Origin: Antedon mediterranea
Lineage: Eukaryota; Animalia; Echinodermata
DNA length: 64,000 bases
Reading direction: 5' to 3'
NCBI RefSeq assembly: GCF_964355755.1
Contig: NC_092680.1
Location: forward strand, 744,001-808,000
The notes beneath the pieces were generated by a model that made no database searches, was not told where the DNA came from, and worked only from the letters and a program-made list of their open reading frames with translations. Positions within the stretch are counted from its first letter, which is position 1. Every line of letters starts with the position of its first letter. Below are positions 37,269 to 46,278 of the stretch, piece by piece. A program made the translations under genes and the position numbers.

Positions 37269-40200
37269 AACACATTAGGCAAAGAACATTGCCCCAACCG
37301 AGTCGCCCCAACCGAGACTCGAACTCGGACCGCCTGCTTGATATGCAGATGTCCTAACCATTAGACCACTATATATATATATATTTGTTCATAATAATAA
37401 TAACATTTAATGTGTGCACTTTGTGATGTCGGGGAAATTTCACGTAGAATAGAAAGAAACACTTTTTAAAATTTTATTTTATTCTTTTTTCCTCCTTTTT
37501 TCCGTAGGCCTAACGTGGTACTTAATTTGCGAAATTAACCGACAGGCAGTCCAATGGAAGACCTTGTATGATGCCTTGTACTTGTCGTTATTCTGGGTCT
37601 ACTTTTTCATATCGATTACAACATGGATACAGGTAAAAGACTTGTCGGTACTGTAGGCCTAAGAGTAAACCGTTCTTCTAAGTCAAATGTTATATCTGTT
37701 GTATTGTTTTTGTATCCGCCTATGACAATTGTGCCCCTAAATACTGTTTTCATATCGAATTGCAACATGGATACAGGTAGAAGATTTTCCATCGGTACTG
37801 TAAGAGTAAATCTATGGTTTTCTTCTCATTGCTAAATTCAAATGTTATATCTGTTGTATTGTATTTGTATCTATAGCAATTGTGCCTCAAAATACTTCTC
37901 CGTGCTTCTATTGGTTGTTTTTTGACCTTAGACCTACTTATTCGATCTTTTTATAGAAATAAAAACATTAATCCCTATAATACCTAACTTCTTTAATCCT
38001 GTTTTATTTTCAGATGCGAGACACAGATTTAACATCAACATCACCATCAGCAACTGCCTTACCTAACAGCACCATACCTGTAGAATATACGTGGCTGAAG
38101 GACGAACTGGATGGCATCAAGAAAGTATGTGCCGAAAAGTCAACATCCAAGACGGCAACAACTACCGCATCAAAGCGAAAACTCTACAAACCACGCCCGT
38201 ATAACGGCGACTCAAGCTCTCCCGATAACTTAGACATTCTGATCCTATACGCAGATGTAGCTCTAGCGTTTGCTAAAGTTTTAGCTGTTCTCCGGATGAT
38301 GACGCTATTGGTGTGGAGTCGCCACGTAGGCCCTATGCATATATCTCTTCTGCGGACTCTTGTTGATATTGCCAAGTTTATGCTCATTTTTGTTTTCGTT
38401 TGGTTTGCATTTTCTCTCGGGATGAATCAGATATATTGGTATTACGAACAAGATATATTTGGTGTTATTGGTTTTAAAACGTAAGTTTCTGAGTCATGAG
38501 TGTAGATCGACTTACTCACATCAAGTAATTTCACTCTTTCTTGGTCACATATAATAATATAGCCCGAAAGTTTACGAGTTCTGTGTGTAGATAGGTCTAT
38601 AGTCACACAATAATACAACCCAAAAGTTTCCGAGTCCTGTGTGTAGATTGACCTATAGTCACATAATAATATAGCCCAAAAGTTTCCGAGTCCTGTGTGT
38701 AGATCGGCCTATAGTCACATAATATTACAACCCAAAAGTTTCCGAGTCCTGTGTGTAGATCGGCCTATAGTCACATAACAATACAACCCGAAAGTTTCCG
38801 AGTCCTGTGTGTAGATCGGCCTATAGTCACATAACAATACAGCCCGAAAGTTTCGGAGTCCTGTGTGTAGATCGGCCTATAGTCACATAACAATATAACC
38901 CGAAAGTGTCCGAGTCCTGTGTGTAGATCGGCTAGTCACATAATAATACAGCCCGAAAGTTTCCGAGTCCTGTGTGTAGATCGGCTAGTCACATAATAAT
39001 ACAGCCCGAAAGTTTCCGAGTCCTGTGTGTAGATCGGCTAGTCACATAACAATATACAGCCCGAAAGTTTCCGAGTCTTGTGTGTAGATCGGCCTATAGT
39101 CACATAACAATATAACCCGAAAGTTTCCGAGTCCTGTGTGTAGATCGGCCTATAGTCACATAACAATATAACCCGAAAGTGTCCGAGTCCTGTGTGTAGA
39201 TCGGCTAGTCACTTAATAATACAGCCCGAAAGTTTCCGAGTCCTGTGTGTAGATCGGCTAGTCACATAATAATACAGCCCGAAAGTTTCCGAGTCATGTG
39301 TGTAGATCGGCTAGTCACATAATAATAAAACCCGAAAGTTTCCGAGTCCTGCGTGTAGATCGGCTAGTCACATGATAATAAAACCCGAAAGTTTCCGAGT
39401 CCTGTGTGTAGATCGGCTTATAGTCACTAATAATACAGCCCGATTCGCGATATATAACATTCAATATAACAATACATAAACAAACTACAGTAGTACAATT
39501 TATTATATTTAAATGCAGCAGTGCTATTATTTTCTCACAAAGACAGCAACATCAAATGAGAACAACCTCATACTATACACCGAAGGTAGTGAAATAATAT
39601 TTAAACGATATGTGCCTATGAGCAGACGATCATAGATGGATATTATTATATATTATAGATAATAAGCGCCATGAGCCATGGGTAAGGGATATCCGTGCTA
39701 TAAGTTTTCATTTAATTTAACGGGCAATGAATGTTAATAGATAATTCTTCATTTAACACAATCTTCTTTTTTTCCAGCCTAACTAACAGTTTATTGTCCC
39801 TGTTCTGGTCACTGTTCGGCGTGTCAGAGACTACAGTGTTTACGGGTCACGATAAATACCATGATATAACGGAGGTAGCAGGAATGGGAATGTATTCTCT
39901 CTATCACGTGTTCGCCATAGTAGTCCTGTTGAACCTTCTGATTGCAATGATGAGTAATACGTACACTAAAATTGAGGTATGACGTTTGCAAATAAAGTTA
40001 ATATAATACAAATAATGAATATTTATGAGTTGGATGGTGAGAATATTTCATTGAAAGATTGAGTGAGCAGTCAATTCACACACAGCAGTGACTGCTCCAA
40101 TACGGGCTTCAAAGTGCAAAAAATAATTGGTTGGTCAAATCTTATAGATCATTCAAACTATTGACCACAACCAACCATGTCCAACGTACAACCTAAAACT

Positions 40201-43200
40201 GATGACACTGAAACGTGGCGTCCAAGAAAAGAAAAATTTACAGGAAAAAACAAATTGAGTTTATTTATTACACCTCCGTCAAGGGGTTATGCAATCGCCC
40301 TGGTTTATTTGCCTAAATGCTTGTTTGTCTTCTGTCTAAGCAATATTAAGTCAAACCACTGAATGAATTTTGACAACATTTTCCCCATAAATAGGGTTAG
40401 ATTATTCAAAAGATATAAACAATTCATTCATAACATTTATTTCTCTTTTCTTTTATGTGCAAAGTTTGTGATAAATTAATTTTATAAATAGGCCTAAGAA
40501 CGGCGAAACTCAAACGGCGAAACCCCAAAAGCGAAAAACTGGGAAGGGCTGCCTAAAATGAATAAGGTACAATGTTATCGAATAACACAAATAAAAACCA
40601 AAAACTAAATAAATGAAACCGATGCTTAATATTTTTATCTAATTTGTCCATGTTTTAGGAAGATGCTGACATTGAATGGAAGTACGCAAGATCACGACTT
40701 TGGCTGGAGTATTTTGACGACAACATCACCATTCCACCGCCTTTCAACTTGTTACCACGACCTGGCCCATGTTTTAGACGCCTCAAGTGCATTCTCGGAT
40801 TTCCCTGTTCAGAATCTTTGAAGCAAAATAGGGTAAACTATGCTGTTTTTTAAAAATAAATTATTTTATATACTGAATTTGGTGCAAGCACAGAGGCGCG
40901 TCACAAGGTGGCACCACCTTAACTTCAAGGCGCCTCAGATAACAAATACAACATTTTAAAACAAACAGAATTGAAACATCAATCATTAATCTTCCAGAAT
41001 TAACAAGAAATTGTTGTACATAATAAAACAATACAGCATTTTCACAATTCGTTAAAAAAGAAAATTCCTTGGCAAAGATATCCTAAAAAATTGATTTAGC
41101 GCTTACAAATAGAACATCATCTTTGTGACCCCCTTCCACTAACTTCTATGCAGTTGCTAAAATATTACAATAAACTTCGATTGCTAACGAATTATTAATC
41201 TAAACTTCGGACAGCACTTTTTCCCTGTTAAAAAAAGCCATTTTCAAAAGCTCATTGAAGTTTCACAGTTCCCTTTAACCAGTTTTAAATTTAGTATTAT
41301 TATCATTATTTTGCACTTGCGCAGATACACTCTTATACCAGTCAATGGGTGAAAACGGTTTAAAACTGAAGTTGACCTTTACAATGACTCTGATATTGCT
41401 ATATCTACCTGTATTTATATTATTAATTATCTACAAAGTCTTTTAAAAGACAACGTATTTCTCATATGTTTTGCGTAGATTTATATTCATATTCAGGTGA
41501 TCAGGTGACATACTTGGATGATTGAAATATACATACAAATGATATATTGAATGTCGATGCAAAACGTATTATATTGTCATTACCACGTCTAACTAAACCT
41601 GCCCTGGATGATTCATTTTAGTACACACTAAGCTCCATTTGATATCATTATACATTGACAACATTAGAGATTATTGTTAGTAAATAAGAATTATACTAAG
41701 TTTGAGAATCATAGTCACATTATGGTCATTATGTAGAGATTGATGAACCATGAGAGTAATTAATATATAGAGAGAAAGGATGGTGATACAGTGTGTATAA
41801 AACAGGACTAATGGTAGACTAAACTAAAAACACCAAAGCTCTGTCTACACTATCAAACTTATTTGACAAAAAAGTGTGATATGACCAAATATGGTAGTGA
41901 TACTATGCTTAAATATGGTAGTTATATGACATCATCATGTCCATATAGTGGCACATCACATTTTTGATAGTTGATAGTGTAGATAGAGCTTTAGTAGGCT
42001 TAAGATAAACACATCGGGCTACATTTGTTCTTAAAAGTATTGTTGAATGTAGATTTTAACTGCATCTGTCGATGTTTAATTTGGCCACTTTTTCCAATTT
42101 GTGAGATTACTTAGATGCGAGGTGGCAAAATTGTTCAGAATGGATTTAAATACAAATCAGTAGGCCTATGGTGGTATATATGAATTACAATTATTTACGG
42201 GGAAATAATTGCGAAACCCAATCAATTTGCAGAATAGTACGCTTCTCTGATTACCATGCAGTAATCAACGAACCTATCAAATGTAATGCTCTATCGTCTA
42301 GATTTGGTCGAACAATAAAGAAATAATCAAATAATATATATTATAAGGTGGACCTGCAGAAAACCAAATTATATACAGATACATATTTCTAAATGTTCAT
42401 AACTTAGCCAAGGTTCACAGAATCTAAGCTGCATCTATATCCTTCATAATTAAGTACGGATCTAATTAGATAGATTAGACAAATCAAAACTGAACTAAAT
42501 CGCAGTAACTAAGAAATAACGGAATTGTGAACTTGCATTAAAATTGATGAGTTTTATTTTAGGTACAACAATTATCATACTGAAATACAGTAGGCATATA
42601 TCTCAATTGCCAAAAATGTAAGATCTAAGAATGAATTACGCATGCCCAAAAACCAATCAGCCTTTAGGGCTTCCAAACGCAAAATTCCGAAAGCGATTCT
42701 TAAAACAAAGAGTGAAGACACTTCTAATAAAACAGAATTTTTTTTTTCTTACAGGCTGGGTATTCACGAGCAAAAAGTCAATTCTGGATTCATTACAAAG
42801 TAAATAGTAAATTAGATTACTGTTTTTTACACTTTATGTTTAGAGCTAGGCCTAATAGTCTAGCTTGTACACCGTGGACACATGGAGGAAAACAAAATTC
42901 CTCCATGGTGGAGACAATGCTAGAATTAGAACAAAAAAAGGTTATGTATTAGTCTTGGATAAGTTACGAAGATTTATAATTATAATTCAACTATATTTAA
43001 CTTTGTTTAACATTGTTTATTGCTAATTTATTACAAACAAAAAAACCGAATTAATGTTTGGAAACGTTCATATCTATCTATTCTGGAAATTATAATTACT
43101 TGAGACAACATCATTTCGATTTAACAAAAGTCAAGATCATTAAGCTTAGGCAGACGTTACGGTTCACGTGGAACAATGTGTGATTATCATATTAACCATA

Positions 43201-45666
43201 CAAAATAGAAAGTTCATAGTGATAACATAACTTGTGAAAATTAGACAAACTGTTTACCGTAACTAATGTAGTCTAGTTACATGATGAGGGAAGTCTCCAT
43301 GGTTACAGCTTACGTCATACATCACGCGCATGTTAAAAAATATCATGATTCCTATATCAAATTTGAAAATGAGATAATTTTGTAATATTAGTCAAATATC
43401 AATAATTTTACAGAAATTTTAGAGAAATTATTAAAAAAACTGATATTTTAGTCGGTTATATGCCGCAGACATTTGATGATAATGGAAATGGAAAGGACTC
43501 GATGCAGTAAATACCAACAAAAAAACTATATTCACCTGCTGTATTTATAATTCACCTGCTGTATTTATAATTCACCTGCTGTATTTATAATTCACCTGAT
43601 TTTCTACGTTACTTTGATGAACATTATACAATCACTTCTCTATTGTCGTGCACACACTCTTTTGTCAGCATTTTGGTCGTGAAATAATTATCTATTTTCC
43701 CACAATCTGTTAGATATCAGACCTTCTTAGAATGTACCAAATCTCTGTAGAATGAAATTATACTTTCTGAAAGATTTGAATTTCTTTTAAAGTAATTTTT
43801 CTTGTTTTTTTGTTTTTTGTTTGTTTTTTTTGTGTGTTATTGTTGATTATAAATAATTTACCTTATTGTTTTTAAGGGTCTCGAAGCTTTGCTTATTCTG
43901 AGTTCCCTTTATTTTGAGTTCCCTTTATTTTGAGTTCCCTTTATTTTGAGTTCCCTCTATTTTGAGTTCCCTCTATTTTGAGTTCCCTTTATTTTGAGTT
44001 CCCTTTATTTTGAGTTTCCTTTTTCCTTTTTGATGACATTTTGTTATATTTATCCTTGGGTTTTTGAAATACATTGTTTTTGATTGATTGAAATTAATAA
44101 TGAATATTTTTGCATACATTCGACAAAATTCATTTTCAAAATGTGTTGGTTTGTTTGTTTCAGCAAGAAGGAACACACTTTCAGATTTCTAGTTATGCTA
44201 CTTGTATATAAATTGAATGTATACTTTCTGGATTTAGAAGCGGGATGATCAATTGGCTAAAGGATAACATTTAAATACTGTTAACCCAAAGGCGATGACA
44301 AGTAATGAGGCCTAATACATATGGGAATATTTTCTAAATAAGATTTCTTGAATGTGTGTTGATATTAACAAGGGTCTTCATGTCTGTAGAGATCGTTTTT
44401 GTTGACGAGTATTCGCCACGAGTATAATTTATTTTAAGTTCGATCATTACTAAAGTAGGTCTAGGCCTAGCTTTGCCTTCTAATGAGTCATTTTAAAATC
44501 ATTCCGCATATCTTGTTTTCCGGTGAACGTAATTAGACAGATCAGATTATTATTTCTAAATATGGAGCTTAACTTCCATTTTTGTTACAAGCAGTTCCGA
44601 TACTGCATCACAAAAGAAATTTGAGATAGTGTTTACCGACCGATCGACCAACCGACAGACCACCCGACCGACATAGTGATCTGTAGAGTCGCGTTTGTAC
44701 GCAACTAAAAACAGAACAGTGTATTCTGTTGAGCCGTCAACAGCCAGTTAAAATGCGTTAGTAACGACTAACGAGTTGACATCAGCATTTGATACATAAT
44801 GTACAAAAACCTAGTTTTATAGTTGCCAATTACATGCCGTAACTGGGTTGCACATGTCTGGTTAATTTCGTTTTCGTAATTTTGAACGAAGAAAAATTGC
44901 ATTTCTAAAACGATTCAACAGTTAATAGGTAAATTTAAATGTATCGAAATAGGTTGATAAAGCTCTACCTTTATATATACGGTATTAACAAAAACTGTTC
45001 CTAATTTCCCTTATATAAAAAAAAGCTAGGCCAGGTTAACTTACAAGGTTAGCAGTGTTTTTTATCTTTAATCATGAAATGTATGTGCGTATGTATTTTG
45101 ATATCAACTGATTTATTAGTGTGCCAATTTACGATGTCATATGATGATCTATATAAAGTCTAAAGTTATCATACAAATCAAAAATCTTGTTTAATTTATG
45201 TTCTTTTATCATTCAGAAATTGCTTTCAAAAATTGGCAGACGATACCATTTTGACTCCAAGGAAGAATTTGACGAAACTGGAAAGGTTATGGTGCAGACG
45301 GTAGCCAACTTACAGACAGACATGGTTGGCGCGCTTCGTAAGATCAACAATAATATATTGGATGTACAAAGTATCCTAGGCGCACCAGAAAAAGGCGTAG
45401 ACGAAATGGGCAGCAATTTAATGCACGCGTTAAGGCTCTCAACTAGCGATAGCATTGATTCTGTTCGGTCTGGTTGTGAAGAGTCAACTAATTCTAAACT
45501 ACCTTCCAGCTATAGTATACCATTTCATGACGAAGATGAACACATTTTTGCTGAACGTTCAAAGAAAAAAGACAGTGACACGACAACCATTACTGACACG
45601 GACGAGAATCATGTTGGGAATAACTCTGTTAGTTTCGGAGTAGACTTCATCGATGATATGGAATAA
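16336..45666 (+). CDS. TRPC: Transient receptor potential canonical (TRPC / TRP-gamma-like) cation channel, complete multi-exon CDS, 872 aa
   Basis: Exons 16336-16522, 23046-23170, 31056-31547, 34245-34599, 37508-37632, 38014-38480, 39778-39976, 40659-40832, 42755-42799 and 45217-45666 join in frame (2619 nt). Motifs: ankyrin repeats, [48 protein letters not shown]...[23 protein letters not shown] pore, [15 protein letters not shown] box EWKYAR and PPPFNLLP. Confidence 0.93.
16706..16936. repeat. 19-bp minisatellite (TTAATTCCAATGGGGTCCT) x~12
   Basis: Directly visible. Confidence 0.95.
18351..18512. mobile_element. Harbinger-type MITE family A copy
   Basis: TIRs and shared internal sequence. 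Confidence 0.8.
19320..19550. mobile_element. MITE family A copy interrupted by a HINE insertion
   Basis: TAA-AGCTCTGTCTACAC ... GTAGACAGAGCT-TAA with about 105 bp of foreign sequence in the internal T tract. Confidence 0.85.
19408..19514 (+). mobile_element. Helentron-associated (HINE/DINE-1-like) non-autonomous element
   Basis: Inserted in a T run. Sub-terminal IR AGTCGCGTGC...GCACGCGACT, (GTCG)n core, 3' hairpin GCCAT-GTAT-ATGGC, end CTTGTT. Confidence 0.72.
20325..20420. mobile_element. MITE family B (long variant), left part
   Basis: AGCTTGGCTCTCACTAGCGACGCAACG; similar to the 24627 and 34671 copies. Confidence 0.65.
21003..21090. repeat. 22-bp tandem repeat CATTGTGCTGCCCATCGCTGAC x~4
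   Basis: Directly visible. Confidence 0.9.
23046..23170 (+). CDS. TRPC: TRPC coding exon 2 (ankyrin repeats)
   Basis: [33 protein letters not shown]; TCTAG acceptor and GTATGA donor. Not in the ORF track. Confidence 0.88.
23770..24092. mobile_element. Kolobok-like non-autonomous element (family C)
   Basis: TTAA-AGATGTATT...ACAATACATCT-TTAA. Partial relatives at 29135-29365 and ending at 48298. Confidence 0.68.
24627..24841. mobile_element. MITE family B (long variant)
   Basis: CGTGGTTCCCACTAGCGACGC ... GCGTCGCTAGTGGGAACAACG. Confidence 0.8.
26275..26414. mobile_element. Harbinger-type MITE family A copy
   Basis: Both TIRs present; TAA target duplication. Confidence 0.87.
27506..27690. mobile_element. 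Left end of another Harbinger-like element
   Basis: TAA-GGGTCTTTCACAC followed by GC-rich CCGG repeats and internal TTCACACGGGAT repeats. Confidence 0.45.
28055..29040 (+). mobile_element. 5'-truncated LINE (L2/CR1/Crack-like): RT C-terminal region + 3' UTR, in TRPC intron 2
   Basis: 266-aa ORF with LN.EL.KI..WF..NKL.LN..KT..IIF, FLGI.I...L.W..HI, LY.AF..PHL.YC...WG and LQKRIAR. It is followed by a T-rich UTR with an AAGCC..GGCTT stem-loop. Confidence 0.9.
29633..29736 (-). mobile_element. HINE-like element, second copy
   Basis: Reverse complement of 19408-19514. Confidence 0.75.
30305..30440. mobile_element. Partial MITE A with internal 21-bp unit amplified x4
   Basis: CATATCACTACCATATTTG(G/T)G repeats within family A sequence. 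Confidence 0.75.
31056..31547 (+). CDS. TRPC: TRPC coding exon 3 (ankyrin 4, TRP_2/linker domain)
   Basis: ORF 31062; AACAG acceptor and GTAAGT donor. Confidence 0.93.
32013..32166. mobile_element. Harbinger-type MITE family B copy
   Basis: TTA-AGCTTGGTTCCCACTA ... TAGTGGAAACCAAGCT-TTA. Confidence 0.82.
32567..32990. repeat. 39-bp minisatellite x~11
   Basis: AAACAATGCATAGCAACAACCCGCCTAATGAATGCAGTT, head to tail. Confidence 0.97.
34245..34599 (+). CDS. TRPC: TRPC coding exon 4 (pre-S1, S1, S2 start)
   Basis: [16 protein letters not shown]...[12 protein letters not shown]; ACAG acceptor and GTAAGT donor. Confidence 0.92.
34671..34928. mobile_element. MITE family B (long variant) with internal ~40-bp duplication
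   Basis: TAA-AGCGTGGTTC ... GGAACCAAGCT-TTA. Confidence 0.8.
34987..35356. repeat. ~61-bp tandem repeat x6
   Basis: AGCTGTACATAACCATACGGATACATTAACTGAAAAATAGATGGGCTATAGTCCTACCTACC. Confidence 0.95.
36459..36530 (+). tRNA. tRNA-like cloverleaf, anticodon ATC (Asp); probably repeat-borne pseudo-tRNA
   Basis: Acceptor stem GCCCCAG/TTGGGGC, anticodon arm TCTGC-ATATCAA-GCAGG, T arm CCGAG-TTCGAGT-CTCGG, followed by TTTTT. Confidence 0.6.
36822..36892 (+). tRNA. Second tRNA-like copy (ATC), 1-nt deletion in acceptor stem
   Basis: Near-identical to 36459-36530. Confidence 0.55.
37026..37068 (+). ncRNA. Minimal type I hammerhead ribozyme-like motif (Penelope type)
   Basis: TTTGCA-CTGATAA-A-GGGC(TAGTGTT)GCCC-GAAA-GC-TC-TGCTAA. 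The core has a G8>A variant. Confidence 0.6.
37508..37632 (+). CDS. TRPC: TRPC coding exon 5 (S2-S3)
   Basis: Strong polypyrimidine tract and TAG acceptor; [42 protein letters not shown]; phases 1-0 fit. Confidence 0.85.
38014..38480 (+). CDS. TRPC: TRPC coding exon 6 (long S3-S4 loop, S4, S5)
   Basis: ORF 38014; [15 protein letters not shown]...[13 protein letters not shown]. Confidence 0.93.
38481..39442. repeat. ~57-60 bp minisatellite x~15
   Basis: CCCGAAAGTTTCCGAGTCCTGTGTGTAGATCGGC(CTA)TAGTCACATAATAATACAG. Confidence 0.96.
39778..39976 (+). CDS. TRPC: TRPC coding exon 7 (pore helix LFW, S6)
   Basis: SLFWSLFG...[19 protein letters not shown]. Confidence 0.94.
40265..40400 (+). mobile_element. 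5' end of a second Helentron/HINE-like family
   Basis: TTATTACACCTCCGTCAAGGGGTTATG...TTTGTCTTCTGTCT resembles TTATTACCTCCGCCAAGGAGGTTATG-type HINE starts. Confidence 0.4.
40659..40832 (+). CDS. TRPC: TRPC coding exon 8 (TRP box)
   Basis: [33 protein letters not shown]. Not in the ORF track. Confidence 0.94.
41837..41990. mobile_element. Harbinger-type MITE family A copy
   Basis: Both TIRs present. Confidence 0.82.
42755..42799 (+). CDS. TRPC: TRPC probable 45-nt coding exon 9
   Basis: T-tract followed by CTTACAG acceptor, GTAAAT donor, phase 0-0. [15 protein letters not shown] supplies the Y preceding the rib helix (Y..LL.KI..RY). Confidence 0.65.
43530..43599. repeat. 20-bp tandem repeat x3.5
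   Basis: ATTCACCTGCTGTATTTATA. Confidence 0.9.
43893..44022. repeat. 17-bp tandem repeat x~7
   Basis: TATTTTGAGTTCCCTTT. Confidence 0.93.
44627..44711 (-). mobile_element. HINE-like element, partial third copy
   Basis: GTTTACCGACCG...CATAGTGATCTGTAGAGTCGCG matches the 29633 copy. Confidence 0.7.
45217..45666 (+). CDS. TRPC: TRPC terminal coding exon (rib helix, coiled coil, acidic tail)
   Basis: TTCAG acceptor; [12 protein letters not shown]...[15 protein letters not shown]; stop TAA. Confidence 0.87.
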   Translation, partial: KLLSKIGRRYHFDSKEEFDETGKVMVQTVANLQTDMVGALRKINNNILDVQSILGAPEKGVDEMGSNLMHALRLSTSDSIDSVRSGCEESTNSKLPSSYSIPFHDEDEHIFAERSKKKDSDTTTITDTDENHVGNNSVSFGVDFIDDME

Positions 45667-46029
45667 TATTTTTATTTTTATTTGTTGACTAATATAATGT
45701 TTGTATAGATAAGGCGTTTCCAATAAAACAATTGATCCATTGTGCACGGAAATCAAGGAAAATAGAATTATTAACCAATCATCCAATAGTATTACAGTTG
45801 CAAAAAAACAAAATTAAAATCAAGGCTTATTTGAAACTTTGTCTTGAAACTCATAATACTAATGTCTAATTGTAATTATATACAGTTCATATTTCTGTAT
45901 AGTGTAATGGTATTTATAAAGACAACTCCGCTGTAAATACCACATTTTGTATGGTACAGTTACAATGAAACGTATCAGTCTTTCGTTTTGTGCTTTAAAC
46001 GAAATATGGACTTATATAAAAATGTCTTT

Positions 46030-46278
46030 AATACTTCCACTCAAAGGACGCAATGCAATGCGAGTTGACCAATGACAAGAGACAGTCAGAATAATCCATC
46101 AGTTGTAATTGGTCAACTAACTTAAACTTGGTTCACACTAGGAGGAAACACAGGGACATAAGACGCAACGCAGGTGAATTGTATATTGCGGATTACGTCT
46201 TTGCGTTACGTCTTAGTGGGAACCACGCTTTACGTTGCCTCTACGTCCTTGCGTAGCGCATCTGTGGCAACCAAGCTT
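46030..46278. mobile_element. Nested MITE B inside MITE B
   Basis: Inner element 46125-46229 is flanked by TTA/TTA inside an older B copy. Confidence 0.72.

Larger units (their letters stand above)
36371..37370 (+). mobile_element. Composite tRNA-related / Penelope-like non-autonomous element
   Basis: Two direct ~280-bp units (36371 and 36734), a hammerhead-like motif and an inverted partial unit (37262-37370), separated by (TA)n runs. Confidence 0.65.

Noticed and set aside
38184-38387. Minus-strand ORFs overlapping exons (also 34316, 45213, 5047, 185)
   Set aside because: Antisense shadows of the real + strand exons.
38560-39442. CCCGAAAG units as a hammerhead (retrozyme) array
   Set aside because: No CTGANGA core in the unit on either strand.
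43280-43301. CATGATGAG...CTCCATG as a fourth footprint
   Set aside because: The inverted repeat is imperfect and there is no 7-bp flanking duplication.
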